DNA of 64,000 nucleotides from Octopus sinensis (Eukaryota): NCBI RefSeq assembly GCF_006345805.1, contig NC_043011.1, positions 34,236,464 to 34,300,463 of the forward strand, read 5' to 3'. Shown piece by piece: positions 37,696 to 48,847 of this stretch (position 1 is its first letter; each line of letters starts with the position of its first letter). The notes under the pieces were generated by a model. It saw only the letters and a program-made list of their open reading frames with translations, ran no database searches and was not told where the DNA came from. The position numbers and the translations under genes were made by a program.

Positions 37696-37774
<79 letters not shown>

Positions 37775-38033
37775 GTAGTGTCATGCAAATGACACCCATG
37801 CTGATGGCATGTAAAAGCACCCATTACACTCCCGAAGAGTTTGGCATTAAGAAGGGCATCCAGCTATAGAAACTCTGCTAAATCAGACTGGAGTTTGGTG
37901 CAGCCTTCCAGCTTGCCAGCTCTAGTCAAACTGTCCAACCAATTCCAGCATGGACAACAGACGTTAAATGATGGTGATGATGACGATGATGATGATGATG
38001 CTATGTAACAGTGGAAGAATATTTCTTGTGTGA

Positions 38034-38202
38034 TATTGTGGTTCATTTTGTCTAGAAAGGGAAGAGAAATTCAATTAAAAAACCAATTAAAATAGGTATT
38101 CATTAGGTAAATCCAAGAACAAAGGAATAGAATTAGTAATGTCTATTTTGATTTTTTTTCATGGGATTTCTCTTCCCTTTCTAGACAAAATGAACTGCAA
38201 TA
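38034..38202. mobile_element. Small MITE with perfect 30-bp inner TIR
   Basis: GTTCATTTTGTCTAGAAAGGGAAGAGAAAT at 38041-38070 and its exact reverse complement at 38166-38195. Confidence 0.8.
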
Positions 38203-38529
38203 ATCCTTTCTACTGTAGGCACAAGGACTGAAATTGGGGGAAGGAATTAAGTTGATTATATCAATGTCAGTGTGTATCTGGTACTCATTTAATTGACCCC
38301 TAAAGGAAGAAAGGCAAAGTCGACCTTTGCAGAATTTAAAATCAGAATGCTGGTTACTGTGATAGTAAGATATACAAAAAAAGTAAATTCTGTAGAATAT
38401 ATGTATGTATGTGTCAGATGTTGAAGTGATCTCAAAGCAACATGAAATGAAGAACTTTGCTCAAGAACTTGGTGCACTGCGCAGTGCAAGGATTGAAACC
38501 AACAACTCATGATCACAAAGACAAAGCCC

Positions 38530-39310
38530 TAACTGCTGGGTGTTATCCCTTATGCAATGTCTGACCACCTCTTGTACCTACACCTTAGATCCATCATGGC
38601 ATCTGATGTGGATTTTTAAACCAGACAATGTTTTGAAAAATCACCCACATAGATTGCATATCCATTTTGGACCACCAAGAGTTGCAGTTAAGTTCTGATC
38701 TTTGTGGATCTTAAAATTTCTTTTGAGGATTCTGTTAGATTTGCAGAAAGGTAGGCACAGACATACAGGCAGAATAGTTGGTGGAGTTTCGTATTTTAGG
38801 GGTCTGCTACTGAAATTTGAGTGCAGTAGAAGAAAGGCATGGTCTGTCACATGATTCACCTACTCGATCGTAACATTCTTCTTTAAATCTCTCTTGAGTT
38901 TTGCATTCCTTATCCTGGCCTCTTCAAATGCTTTCACACCACTTCACACTTTTGTTCACCATCCAGCTTGATCCAAAGCAAGGGTTTTTATGACTTCTGG
39001 ATCCATTCTAAGTGACTTCATGTTAGTCCTTATGCCATCTTTAAACTTCTTTTTAGGTTTACACCCATAGCCTTTTCCCTCTGCAAGCTCACCGTAAGAC
39101 AGTTGTTTGGGTGTCTTTTCATCCACCGTTCAAATAATATGGCCAGACCATCTTGGTTTTTCAGAATCATTGCTTTAATTGAGATGATACCTGCAGATTC
39201 AAGGACAATGGGGTCTGGAGTGAAAAAAAAACTCCATTTAATGTTTAAAATGTGATGAAGGCATTTTTCGTGGAATTGTTCTAACAATTTGAAATGTCTT
39301 TTATAACATG
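38530..39310 (-). mobile_element. RTE (BovB-like) 3' remnant
   Basis: [28 protein letters not shown] and KKFKD motifs; degenerate. Confidence 0.7.
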
Positions 39311-39407
39311 TCCGTCCGTCTGTCCGTCCGTCCATCCGTCCGTCTGTCCGTCCGTCCATCCGTCCATCCATCCATCCATCCATCCATCCATCCATACATA
39401 CATACAT

Positions 39408-39503
39408 ATAAATAAAGCTGTAGGCTTTATTAATCATTAAAATTGATCCCGATATGATTTAATAACATTATCCTGCTGACTTTGGTCTCCTGAATTGTCA
39501 CAC

Positions 39504-39557
<54 letters not shown>

Positions 39558-39980
39558 ATGTGCATGTGTCTGTCTGTATGTTTGTATGTATGTATGTTTG
39601 TATGTATGTATGTCTGTGTTTATGTATGTATGAATGTATGTATTTACACACGTGTGTGTGTGTGTGTGCGTGTGTGTGTGTGCGTGTGTGTGTGTGCATT
39701 TATGTAGTTACATATATATGATAATGTGAAACCTCTGCTTCATGAGAATTAAACATAAGGTGGCTGGTATAGGTTATATATATATATATATATGTCTGAA
39801 GCAAGTTCTTATTGGACAAACTCCGTTTCAGCAGTAGATCTCCAAGTAAGAACTATCTTCTTTCTGTCAATTCTTGCAATATCTTTTCAGGCATTGGTTT
39901 AGGTGCTGATATGGTTATATGGTTAAGAAGTTGGCATTGCAGCCATGCAGTCTCAGGTGCAGTCTTGCTGCATGGCATCT
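39408..39980 (+). repeat. Diverged duplicate of the gene A upstream/promoter block (23755-24095)
   Basis: Shared ordered blocks: TGTAGGCTTTATTAATCA, ATGAGAATTAAACATAAGGTG, TATATATATGTCTGAAGCA, GATCTCCA(G/A)GTAAGAA, CAATATCTTTTCAGGCAT, GGTTTAGGTGCTGATATGGTTAT. A CA/TG microsatellite has expanded inside this copy. Confidence 0.8.
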
Positions 39981-40199
39981 TCCACCTTTTTCTTCTACTA
40001 TTGTGCCAAGCTGATTCAATGCCTTGCAAGTGAATTTGGTTTATGGAAATTGTGTAGAAGCCCATTGTACATATACATGTATGTATGAATGTATGTATGT
40101 ATACATATGTATATGTATATTCTTTTCTCTTACTGGTTTCAACTAGATGTTGGGGCCATGCTGGAGCATTGCCTTTTATTGCTTTAGGGCCTCCTTTCA

Positions 40200-40420
40200 C
40201 TACTATTTTTGAAGAAGCAAGTTGGACAACACTCCTCTTCTTTGTGCCTCTTCCTGTGATATGGACTCATCTGGGATTTCAGATATAAATTTCTCCAGCT
40301 ACTTTTTCAATGTTTCCACACCTAGACCTTGCAGATCTCTTAAGTTTCTTGCTAGGATGTTAGACAGTTGTGGCCCCTGAAACCTAAGCTGTTGCAATAC
40401 TCGGTCCTTACCTAAGATGA
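40200..40420 (-). mobile_element. LINE C-terminal remnant
   Basis: FQGPQLSNILARNLRDL...TLKK*LEKFISEIPDE resembles the GPRLFNSLP...FKxxLDxFLxxIPDxP end of CR1-group ORF2. Confidence 0.5.
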
Positions 40421-40503
40421 AGAAAGATGGGCGGGTGTTTTCTACTATAGCCTCTGACTGACCATAAGTGGATTTAGTAGATGGAAACTGAAAGAAGCCT
40501 GTC

Positions 40504-40538
<35 letters not shown>

Positions 40539-40539
40539 G

Positions 40540-40978
40540 GAAAATTTGTTGTTGAAAATGTACCTGAATTTGAAAAACTTGTAATTATTTAAAATAAATT
40601 TATTTACATATATACCAAACTAGTTTCAACAATATTTTTTGTTTATCAATGGTAAAAATTTTGAATTATGAATTAGAAAGACATCTTTAAAAGTTTCAAT
40701 GTTGTTTTAAAGAGGTTTGTCTAATTCATAATTCTAAATTTTTACTGCTGATAAACAAAAAATATTGTTGAAACTAGTTTAGTAGATATCATCATCATCA
40801 TCATCATTGTTTAGCGTCCGCTTTCCATGCTGGCATGGATTGGACGGTGCAACTGGGGTCTGGGAAGCCAGAAGGCTGCACCAGGCCCAGTCTGATCTGG
40901 CAATGTTTCTACGGCTGGATGCCCTTCCTAACGCCAACCACTCCAAATTTAGGTATATTTTCAACAACAAATTTGCTT
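40540..40978. mobile_element. AT-rich foldback element interrupted by an RTE 3' UTR insertion
   Basis: Inner inverted repeat at 40617-40780; outer arms AATTTGTTGTTGAAAATGTACCT (40540) and AGGTATATTTTCAACAACAAATT (40950); RTE piece at ~40785-40945. Confidence 0.7.
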
Positions 40979-41449
40979 ATATTTTTTCTTGTGGGGAAAT
41001 ACACCCCTTCTTTTGTTATTTATAAATCAAATTCGATGACTGGCATCTGTGCTAGTGGAGTAATAAGCGCACCATCAGAGCATGATCATTGCCAGAGCAG
41101 CTGACTGGCTTCCATGCCGGTGGCATGTAAAAAGCACCGTTCGAGCGTGATCGTTACCAGCATTGCCCTACTGGCACTTGTGCCTGTGGCAAGTGAAAAA
41201 ACGTTTGAGTGAGGTCATTGCCAGTGCCACTGGACTGGCTCCTGTTCAGGTGGCACGTAAAAAACACCATTTGAGCGTGGCCGTTGCCAGTACTGCCTGG
41301 CATGGAAAAGCACTCACTACTCTCTCGGAGTGGTTGGCGTTAGGAAGGGCATCCAATGACTGAAACAAGTAAAAGATAAAAGATGCAAGAATGAGAAAAA
41401 TAAATAAATAAATAAAACATGAAATGAGTCGTTAACTTTTGAAAAATTT

Positions 41450-41459
41450 TTTATTTATT
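41450..41459 (-). terminator. Overlapping polyadenylation signals of gene B
   Basis: TTTATTTATT on the plus strand gives two AATAAA motifs on the minus strand, about 110 nt after the stop. Confidence 0.6.
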
Positions 41460-41565
41460 CAAACTTGAAGAAGCATTTTGTGGAAGCAGTTTTGATGTTT
41501 CTAAATTTCCAACATTTCCCTTTGTTAAGAAGTAGCTGATGAGCAAATCATCCATTTGCTGTCTC

Positions 41566-41605
41566 CTAAATAGGATTTGCAGTAGTGTGAGTGCTTTTTA
41601 AGAGG
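41566..41605 (-). CDS. Gene B coding exon 3
   Basis: TTTCTTTCTTTTTCTTTTAG acceptor; in-phase (I)LLKSTHTTANPI-TAG; AATAAA on the minus strand at 41450-41459. Confidence 0.8.
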
Positions 41606-42327
41606 CTAAAAGAAAAAGAAAGAAATTATATTGACCAGTTTCAAAATTAATTACAGCTCAAACACACAATGTAAGATGATTGCATTGACCCCAGTGTTTC
41701 CCTGGTACTTATTTTATCAACCACGAAAAGATGAAAAGCAAATTCGACCACAGTGGAATTTGAACTCAAAGCATTATGAACGGATGGGATGCTTCTAAAC
41801 ATTATATCCAGTGTGCAAACGAGCCTGCCAGATCACTGCCTTAATAAAAGTAATTATGGCTTCAAATTTTGGCTCAAGACTCGCAATTTTGGGGAGGGTA
41901 TAAGTTGAATCATTTCTACTATAGGGACAAGGCCTGAATTTTGAGGGAGGAGTATAGTTGATAACATTGACCCCAGTACATAATTGGTACTTATTTTATC
42001 GACCATAAAAGGATGAAAGACAAAGTCGACATTGGCGGAATTTGAACTCAGAACATAAAGACAGACGAAACACTGCTAAGCATTTTGCCCGATGTGCTAA
42101 TGATTCTACCAGCTCACGGCCTTAATAATGATAATAATGTTTCAGTCATTTGACTGTAGCCATGCTGGAGCACTGCCTTTAGTTGAGCAAATCGACCCCA
42201 GGACTTATTCTTTGTAAGCCTTGTACTTATTCTATCGGTCTCTTTTGCTAAACCGCTAAGTTACAAGGACGTAAACACACCAGCATCAGTTGTCAGGCGA
42301 TGTTGGGGAGGACAAACACAGACACAA

Positions 42328-42381
<54 letters not shown>

Positions 42382-43063
42382 GTACACATACATACATACA
42401 TATGACGGACTTCTTTCAGTTTCCGTCTACCAAATCCACTCACAAGGCTTTGGTCGGCCCAAGGCTATAGCAGAAGACACTTACCCAAGGTGCCATGCAG
42501 TGGGACTGAACATGGAACTATGTGGTTCGAAAGCTACTTACCACACAGCCACTCCTACACCTGTGATTATAATAATTATTATAATAATCCTTTCTACTAA
42601 AGGTACAAGGCCTAAAATTTTGAGGGAGGGGACTAGTTGATTATATTGACCTCAGTGCTTCACTGGTACTTATTTTATCAACCCCGAACGGATGAAAGGC
42701 AAAGTCGACCTCAGCAGAATTAGACCTCAGTACATAGCAAGGGGCAAATGAGTTCAGATTTTGGCACAAGGTCAGTAATTTCAGGGGAGGGAGTGAGTCA
42801 ATTACATCAACTCCAGTACTCCACTGGTACTTAATTTATTGACTCCGAAGTCAACTTCAGCGGAATCTGAACTCAGAACATAAAGACAGACGAAATGCCA
42901 CTAAGCATTTTACCCAGCGTGTTAATGATTCTGCCAGCTTGCCGCCATCATAATCATCATCATCATCATCATCATTTAACATCCATTATCCATGCTGGTA
43001 TGAGTTGGATGGTTTGACCAGGGCTGGCAAGCTGGAAGGCTGCACTAGACGCCATTCTGTTTC

Positions 43064-43111
<48 letters not shown>

Positions 43112-43950
43112 GTCGTTTCTGCTGTTGGCACAAGGCCTAAAATTTGGTGGGAGGGGACTAGTTGATTACATCGACCCCAGTGTTTCACTGGTACTCATTT
43201 TATCAACTCCAAAAGAATAAAAAGCAAAGTCAACCTCGGCAGAATTTGAACTCAAAACATAAAGACAGACAAAATGCTGCAGGCATTTTGACCAGTATGC
43301 TAATGATTCAGCCAGCTTGCAACCTTTTTAATGATGATGATGATAATAATAATAATAATGATAATAATAATAATAATAATATTCTTTTCTACTCTATGCA
43401 CAAGGCTCAAAATGTTTGGGGAGGGGCCAGTCGATTAGATCGACTCCAGTATGCAACTGGTACTTAATTTATCAACCCCGAAAGGATGAAAGGCAAAGTC
43501 AACCTCCGCAGAATTTGAACTCAGAACATAAAGACAGATGAAATAGTGCCAAGCATTTCTGCCAGCTCACCGCCTTGTGATAATAATAATATTGAGAATT
43601 ATTTGCTTCGTGTTATGTAAGTAAACTGACGTACATTTTGCAGGCAGCTTCACAAAAGAATTCACCAATTCCAGCAACATTTTCTTCACAAGCTTTAACG
43701 CATCCCTTAGATAGATCTAGACTATGAAGATGATGGATAACTACATCAACTGCAAAAGAAAAAAGGAGATAGAGAGAGAAAAAAAACAAAAAACAAAGAA
43801 AACAACACAAACATCTGTTTGAAAAAAATTCATCAATAAACATTCGTTGCTAAAAATAAAGTAAAGTACGGTGAGTTGATTTGTGTTAGGGAGTGAAAAA
43901 AATCCCACATTTCATATAGTTATCTTTCTTCAGACAGGGAAGGAATAAAG

Positions 43951-43982
<32 letters not shown>

Positions 43983-45030
43983 TGTGTACAGTGCTCAGGT
44001 GCACTACAACTCATCTAAAGTCTATATATAATCAGGTGTAGTTTCGGCGGATTTCGGAAAGCATGAGGGCCTTAAAGGATGCAGTGTCATGGCAGTCAAC
44101 AACTGACGCAGGCAGTTTATTCCATGCTTCAGCAACTCTGAGCGTGAAAAAATGTTTCCGTGGATTCCACACTCACAAAAAGATGAACGGAAAAGAGAAG
44201 GCTGAATAATAATCTGCTGAATAAAATCATAATTAACTGATCCTCCCGTACTTTCTTTTATGCAAGGCCAGGAACTTTCAGTACCCTCTTGGTATATTTA
44301 TTTATTTAGATGATGGCACTTACAAGACTAGTCTTGTTTCATTTGTGTTAGAATCCATTTGTGATTAAATATAAAGTCCTAAAGTCATAATGTATGCAAA
44401 AAAAGTTTTGCGGTTATTCAGTATATGGTGGGGGAAAAAAGAAATAATCTTAATAATTAGTTATTAATAATTAGTATTACTCGCATTATCATTAATTTTT
44501 AGAAAAAATTAGCAGCAGCAGCAGTAGCAGTAGTAGTGGTGGTTGTGGTGGTGGTGGTGGTGGTTGTGGTGGTGGTGGGGGGGTAGTGGTGGAGGAGGTG
44601 GTGGTGGTGGAGGAGGTGGTGGTGGTAGTGGTGGTGGTGGTGGTGGTGGTGGTGGTGGTGGTGGTTGTGGTGGTAGTGGTGGTGGTTGTGGTGGTGGTGG
44701 TGGTGGTTGTGGTGGTGGTGGTGGTGGTTGGTGGTGGTGGTGGAGGAGGTGGTGGTGGTGGAGGAGGTGGTGGTGGTGGTGGTGGTGGTGGTGGTGGTGG
44801 TGGTGGTAGTAGTAGTAATGTTGCAACAGCAGCAGCAACAGCAGTAGCAGTGGTAGTGGTGGTGATGGTAGTGAGGTGGGGTGGTAGCAGCAGCAGCAGC
44901 ACAGCAGCAGTAGTAGTAGCAGTAGATTTCACTTACTTAAACTCCTCTTTGCGGTTTCACTTTCAGATTCTCCAAAAGAGGCAGATAGTGCCAATGGCAG
45001 CAAAACCAATAGGATGAGAAGAAGCTTCAT
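41566..45030 (-). CDS. Gene B: secreted prepropeptide (82 aa), paralog of gene A; complement join(41566..41605,43635..43749,44937..45030)
   Basis: Manual splicing gives MKLLLILLVLLPLALSASFGESESETAKR|SLIDVVIHHLHSLDLSKGCVKACEENVAGIGEFFCEAACKILLKSTHTTANPI*. Donors are GTAAGT (44936) and GTACGT (43634); acceptors are TTTTCTTTTGCAG and TTTTTCTTTTAG. Phases (1, 2) and the 115-nt exon 2 match gene A. Confidence 0.9.
43635..43749 (-). CDS. Gene B coding exon 2 (115 nt, four-cysteine core)
   Basis: (I)DVVIHHLHSLDLSKGCVKACEENVAGIGEFFCEAACK(I); 23 of 39 residues identical to gene A over this exon, counting the junction codons. Confidence 0.92.
43983..44161 (-). mobile_element. CR1/L2 3' end copy in gene B intron
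   Basis: Near-identical to 5573-5752, with the same (ATT)n tail. Confidence 0.85.
44515..44925. repeat. (GGT)n/(GCA)n/(GTA)n microsatellite next to the gene B exon 1 donor
   Basis: Direct trinucleotide runs; these produce the poly-G/V/T/P/W ORFs. Confidence 0.95.
44937..45030 (-). CDS. Gene B coding exon 1 (signal peptide, propeptide, KR)
   Basis: Acceptor CTATATAG, then 9 nt of UTR, then ATG; MKLLLILLVLLPLALSASFGESESETAKRSL; GTAAGT donor. Confidence 0.9.
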
Positions 45031-45319
45031 GACTGTGGCCTATATAGATATAAGATTTAGATCAGTTACTGACAAATCAAAAACATATTATAATTGAATA
45101 ACAAGTTGCTTACTTTCTTGGAACTTCTCAGTTTTATTGTTGCATTCCCATTGAGTCTAGTAGCAAAGCTGAATGGGGGACAGCTATGGGGACAGCTTGC
45201 TTCAAACAACTCATTTAAGGAATGGCGATTTTGAGCATATTGTATAAGTGTGAACAGGCAGTGTTAGCTGGGGGTCAGAGCAGTAAACTTGAGGGCTATC
45301 CTGGGTGGTACACACTCTA

Positions 45320-45579
45320 ACAAAAAATAAATGCGCCCTTTTTTAAAACCTAGCCAGGCTCATGGGCACGGTTTCCCGGTTTCTATGGCGTATGTGTTCC
45401 CCAGCTGGACAGGGCGCCAGTCCATCACAGCGTTACTCATTTTTGCCAGCTGAGTGGACTGGAGCAATGTGAAATGAAGTGTTTTGCTCAAGAACATGCA
45501 TTGCCTGGTTCAGGAATCGAAACCACAATCTTACGATCATGATGCTGACAACTTAACCACTAAGCCATGTGCCTCCACA
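45320..45579 (-). mobile_element. Complete tRNA-SINE family 3 (V-domain-like) with 12-bp TSD
   Basis: TSD GTACACACTCTA at 45308-45319 and 45580-45591; head GGAGGCACATGGCTTAGTGG...GGTTTCGATTCC; TGATGGACTGGCGCCCTGTCCAG. Related copy at 50671-50990. Confidence 0.8.
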
Positions 45580-45994
45580 GTACACACTCTAGCTACACCA
45601 TAAATTGCATCAGAACTTTTTAGACTGCTTTCACAACTTTAGCCTGTTTTCAGCAACTTATCATAAGGTAACAAGAAAAAAATGTATTTATAAAATTCAA
45701 CCAATATCTAAAAGTAAATGTTCAATCAACGTTAAATGCTATATGTGCACAGTTTAGAACAAATAATGGGAATACAACCTAGTTTAATATATATTTGCAT
45801 TTGTTTTACATCATCTGGTTTACTCTGTTATCAGTATGTCCTTAAAGTTGACTGCGTGAAGTGCCCAAGCAAACTTGATTGAATTTACCACGAATGGTTT
45901 AAATCTAACATCTATTCTTTTTCGGGACCATTGGTTCTCAAAGAACATCACACAAAGTTATAGATAACAGCATGTAATTAATGTCAGAAAAGTT

Positions 45995-46066
45995 GAAGGC
46001 CCGCAGGACTCGAACCCACACCTCTTGTAGACATGACAGCTGTTCTACCATTGGACCAAAGTATTC
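45995..46066 (-). pseudogene. tRNA-like remnant (A and B boxes)
   Basis: TGGTCCAATGGTAGAAC...GGGTTCGAGTCC; acceptor and anticodon stems do not form cleanly. Confidence 0.35.
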
Positions 46067-47401
46067 CTTTGAATTTTCCTACCCATTCTAGAAGCTTTAT
46101 TCTTACCAGCGGGAACTGTATATTTCCACGTTGTAAGAATTTTATAAACTTTCAAGAGAACATGAAATAATTCTTTATTGGCTAATTAGATTTTGAAGCA
46201 CATCACATAACACTATAAATAATAGCATGTAAATATTATTAAACTTATTAAATTTACTATTGAGCTGAGTAAATCTATCCCGGTGAATTTAATATTTCTC
46301 AGGGCATTAAATCTACCATCCAAAACTGATTAAATTTATCTCCAGTGGATCAAACCAGCCAGCCAGTTTTAAAATTTTTTACCCAAAGAACAGGTAAAGA
46401 GTCATTCAATGGCTTTCCGCATAGTTTCTGTCTGTTCCGTTTTACTAAAAAAAAAAGGGTTTGAGTTGAGTTGACGTGAAGCTATTGCTGAAAACACTTG
46501 ACCAAAGTATGAAGCAGTGGGGGGGGGGTAAGTGTAAGTAAAACCAAGGTCCACATAAATTTGAAGTGAATGCCGAAAGGAATGTAATATAAAAAGGTGT
46601 AAGGTGGAGTTAATTGCTGAAAAATGTAAAAACTTTAAACATCGCCCCCTGTTGTTCAGCTCAGCTATCATTCCATTCTCCACTTTACTCACAACTGATA
46701 ACAATAGTAAACTGGAGACAGAACCTCTATGTGTGTGGTCATGGTTCTCAACCTTATATTTACCAAAGACCCCTTTTGATGAAATCATTTTGTCATGGGC
46801 CCAGATTTTAGGACTCAGTTCACAGTTCTGCAGTTCTATCTGTCTCGAGCCCAACGATTGAACAGGTGGATTACTCAGTTTCCATGGAGCATAAGTGACT
46901 GAGATCACAATACTCCTGTTGAACATGACACCAGTCCATCGAAGTATTTCGCATTTTCATCTGAATGGACAAAAGCAGCTTTAAGTGAAATGTTTTGTTC
47001 ATGAACACAATGCATCCTGGAATCAAAACTATGATCTTACAATCATGAGTATAACACCCTAACCACTAGGCTAAGTGCCATCACTCATTTCACAGAAACA
47101 CCCAGTATTTTTATTTATTTATTTTGTATGGAGCCCAAGCAATCCGAAGATCTCATGTTGGGAAGCACGGTTGTGTCTAGTTGATCAAACTGCTAGAAAT
47201 AGCAGCCAATCTCACAAACCTACACACATAGTGTTTTAAAGAAAGAACACATCGGATATATAACAGTCTAAGTGTACACTTGACCTAAAAAAAGGAAAAA
47301 AAATAACAAACAAAAAGCAGGATTCTCGTAATTGATGATCTGTACTTCAAGGGTGGAAAGTGGCTTGACAACAACAAAAACAACAACAAATAAGCACTTA
47401 C

Positions 47402-47463
47402 CTTGGTTTCAGTTAGATGAAGACACAATAGGTAACAAAATTACAGTTTTTGTAGCATTTATA
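47402..47463 (-). promoter_or_regulatory. Candidate TATA box and short non-coding first exon of gene B
   Basis: TATAAAT on the minus strand at 47457-47463 and AAG|GTAAGT donor at 47401. All three frames of the exon are closed, consistent with a UTR. Coding exon 1 begins at an acceptor (45039). Confidence 0.6.
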
Positions 47464-47632
47464 GAGATTTACGGGTGACAGATGGGACATTTCTCATATG
47501 GGTTTGAGTTGCAGATTTTAAAAAAATTATATTATCGCATTTTATCTTTGGTTGTTTTACATGATGTTCATACACACACGCATGCACACACACACACACA
47601 CCCACACACACCCACACACATACATACATATG

Positions 47633-47701
<69 letters not shown>

Positions 47702-47866
47702 GTACACATACAAGCACACACACACATATATATAAATATATAGTGTATATATATATATATATATAAATATATATATAATGTATATATGTGTGTATATATA
47801 TATAAATATATATATAATGTATATATGTGTAGATATATAATGTGTATATGTATATATATATGTATG

Positions 47867-47898
<32 letters not shown>

Positions 47899-47920
47899 CA
47901 TAAATACAGACATAAATATA

Positions 47921-48006
<86 letters not shown>

Positions 48007-48689
48007 TATATATTTACACCCACACACACATGCACATACTTACATAACAAATTATCTTTTCCAAGATTATTTCAGTTTTGTTTTCTTTTTATCTTCTCTG
48101 TATAATTATGTTTATTTTATCTTCTATTTTTCACTTGTTTCAGTCATTAGACTGTGGCCATGCTGGTGCACTACCTTGAGGAACTTTTAGCTGTACAAAT
48201 CAACCCCAGCACTTTTCTCTTTTTTCTTTTTCTTTTTGAGCCTGGTACTTATTCTATCGGCCTCTTGCTCAACCACTATGTTACAGGGATGTAAATACAC
48301 CAACACCGGTTGCCAACTGCGTGGACTGGAGCAATGTGAAATAAAGTGTCTTGCTCAAGGACACAACAATCTGTTGGGAATTGAACTCACGATGTGAAGA
48401 CCATGTGCTGAACACCTTAACCACTAAACAACATACTTTTACTTACTTGATAATATTCTTTTCTACTCTAGGCACAAGGCCTGAAATTTTTTGAGGGGTG
48501 TAGGGGCAGTCAATTAGATCGACCTCAATTTGCAACTGGAATTTAATTTATTGACCCTGAAAAAATTAAAGGCAAAGTTGATCTTGGTAGAACTCACTTG
48601 ATAATATTCTTTTCTACTCTAGACATAAGGCCTAAAACTTATCACTTTATACCTGTTATGAGTTGTCCTATATATTAGTTATCCTAGAT

Positions 48690-48847
48690 CAAAGGTGGAG
48701 TGAGCCCTCTATCAATCAGGCACTGCCCAAATGCCTGGAGCTCTGGGGGGCCCCGCACTCTTCATGTTAACTCTCTTTGATATCAATGCTAAGGAGCCTG
48801 GTGAACAGTTATGCCCGAGGATCCTTAATACTCTCAGTCCCCCTCTG
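48690..48847. mobile_element. hAT-type MITE with 8-bp TSD
   Basis: TSD TCCTAGAT at 48682-48689 and 48848-48855; TIR CAAAGGTGGA versus CAGAGGGGGA. Confidence 0.65.

Noticed and set aside
43613-43843. 76-aa ORF as an independent single-exon gene
   Set aside because: Only 43635-43749 is coding (gene B exon 2); the N-terminal part is the polypyrimidine tract of the intron.
44492-45017. Poly-Pro/Thr/Gly/Val ORFs overlapping gene B exon 1
   Set aside because: These are an intronic trinucleotide microsatellite; the real frame leaves at the GTAAGT donor at 44936.
45995-46066. Functional tRNA gene
   Set aside because: A and B boxes are present but no consistent cloverleaf forms; it is most likely a SINE head or pseudogene.
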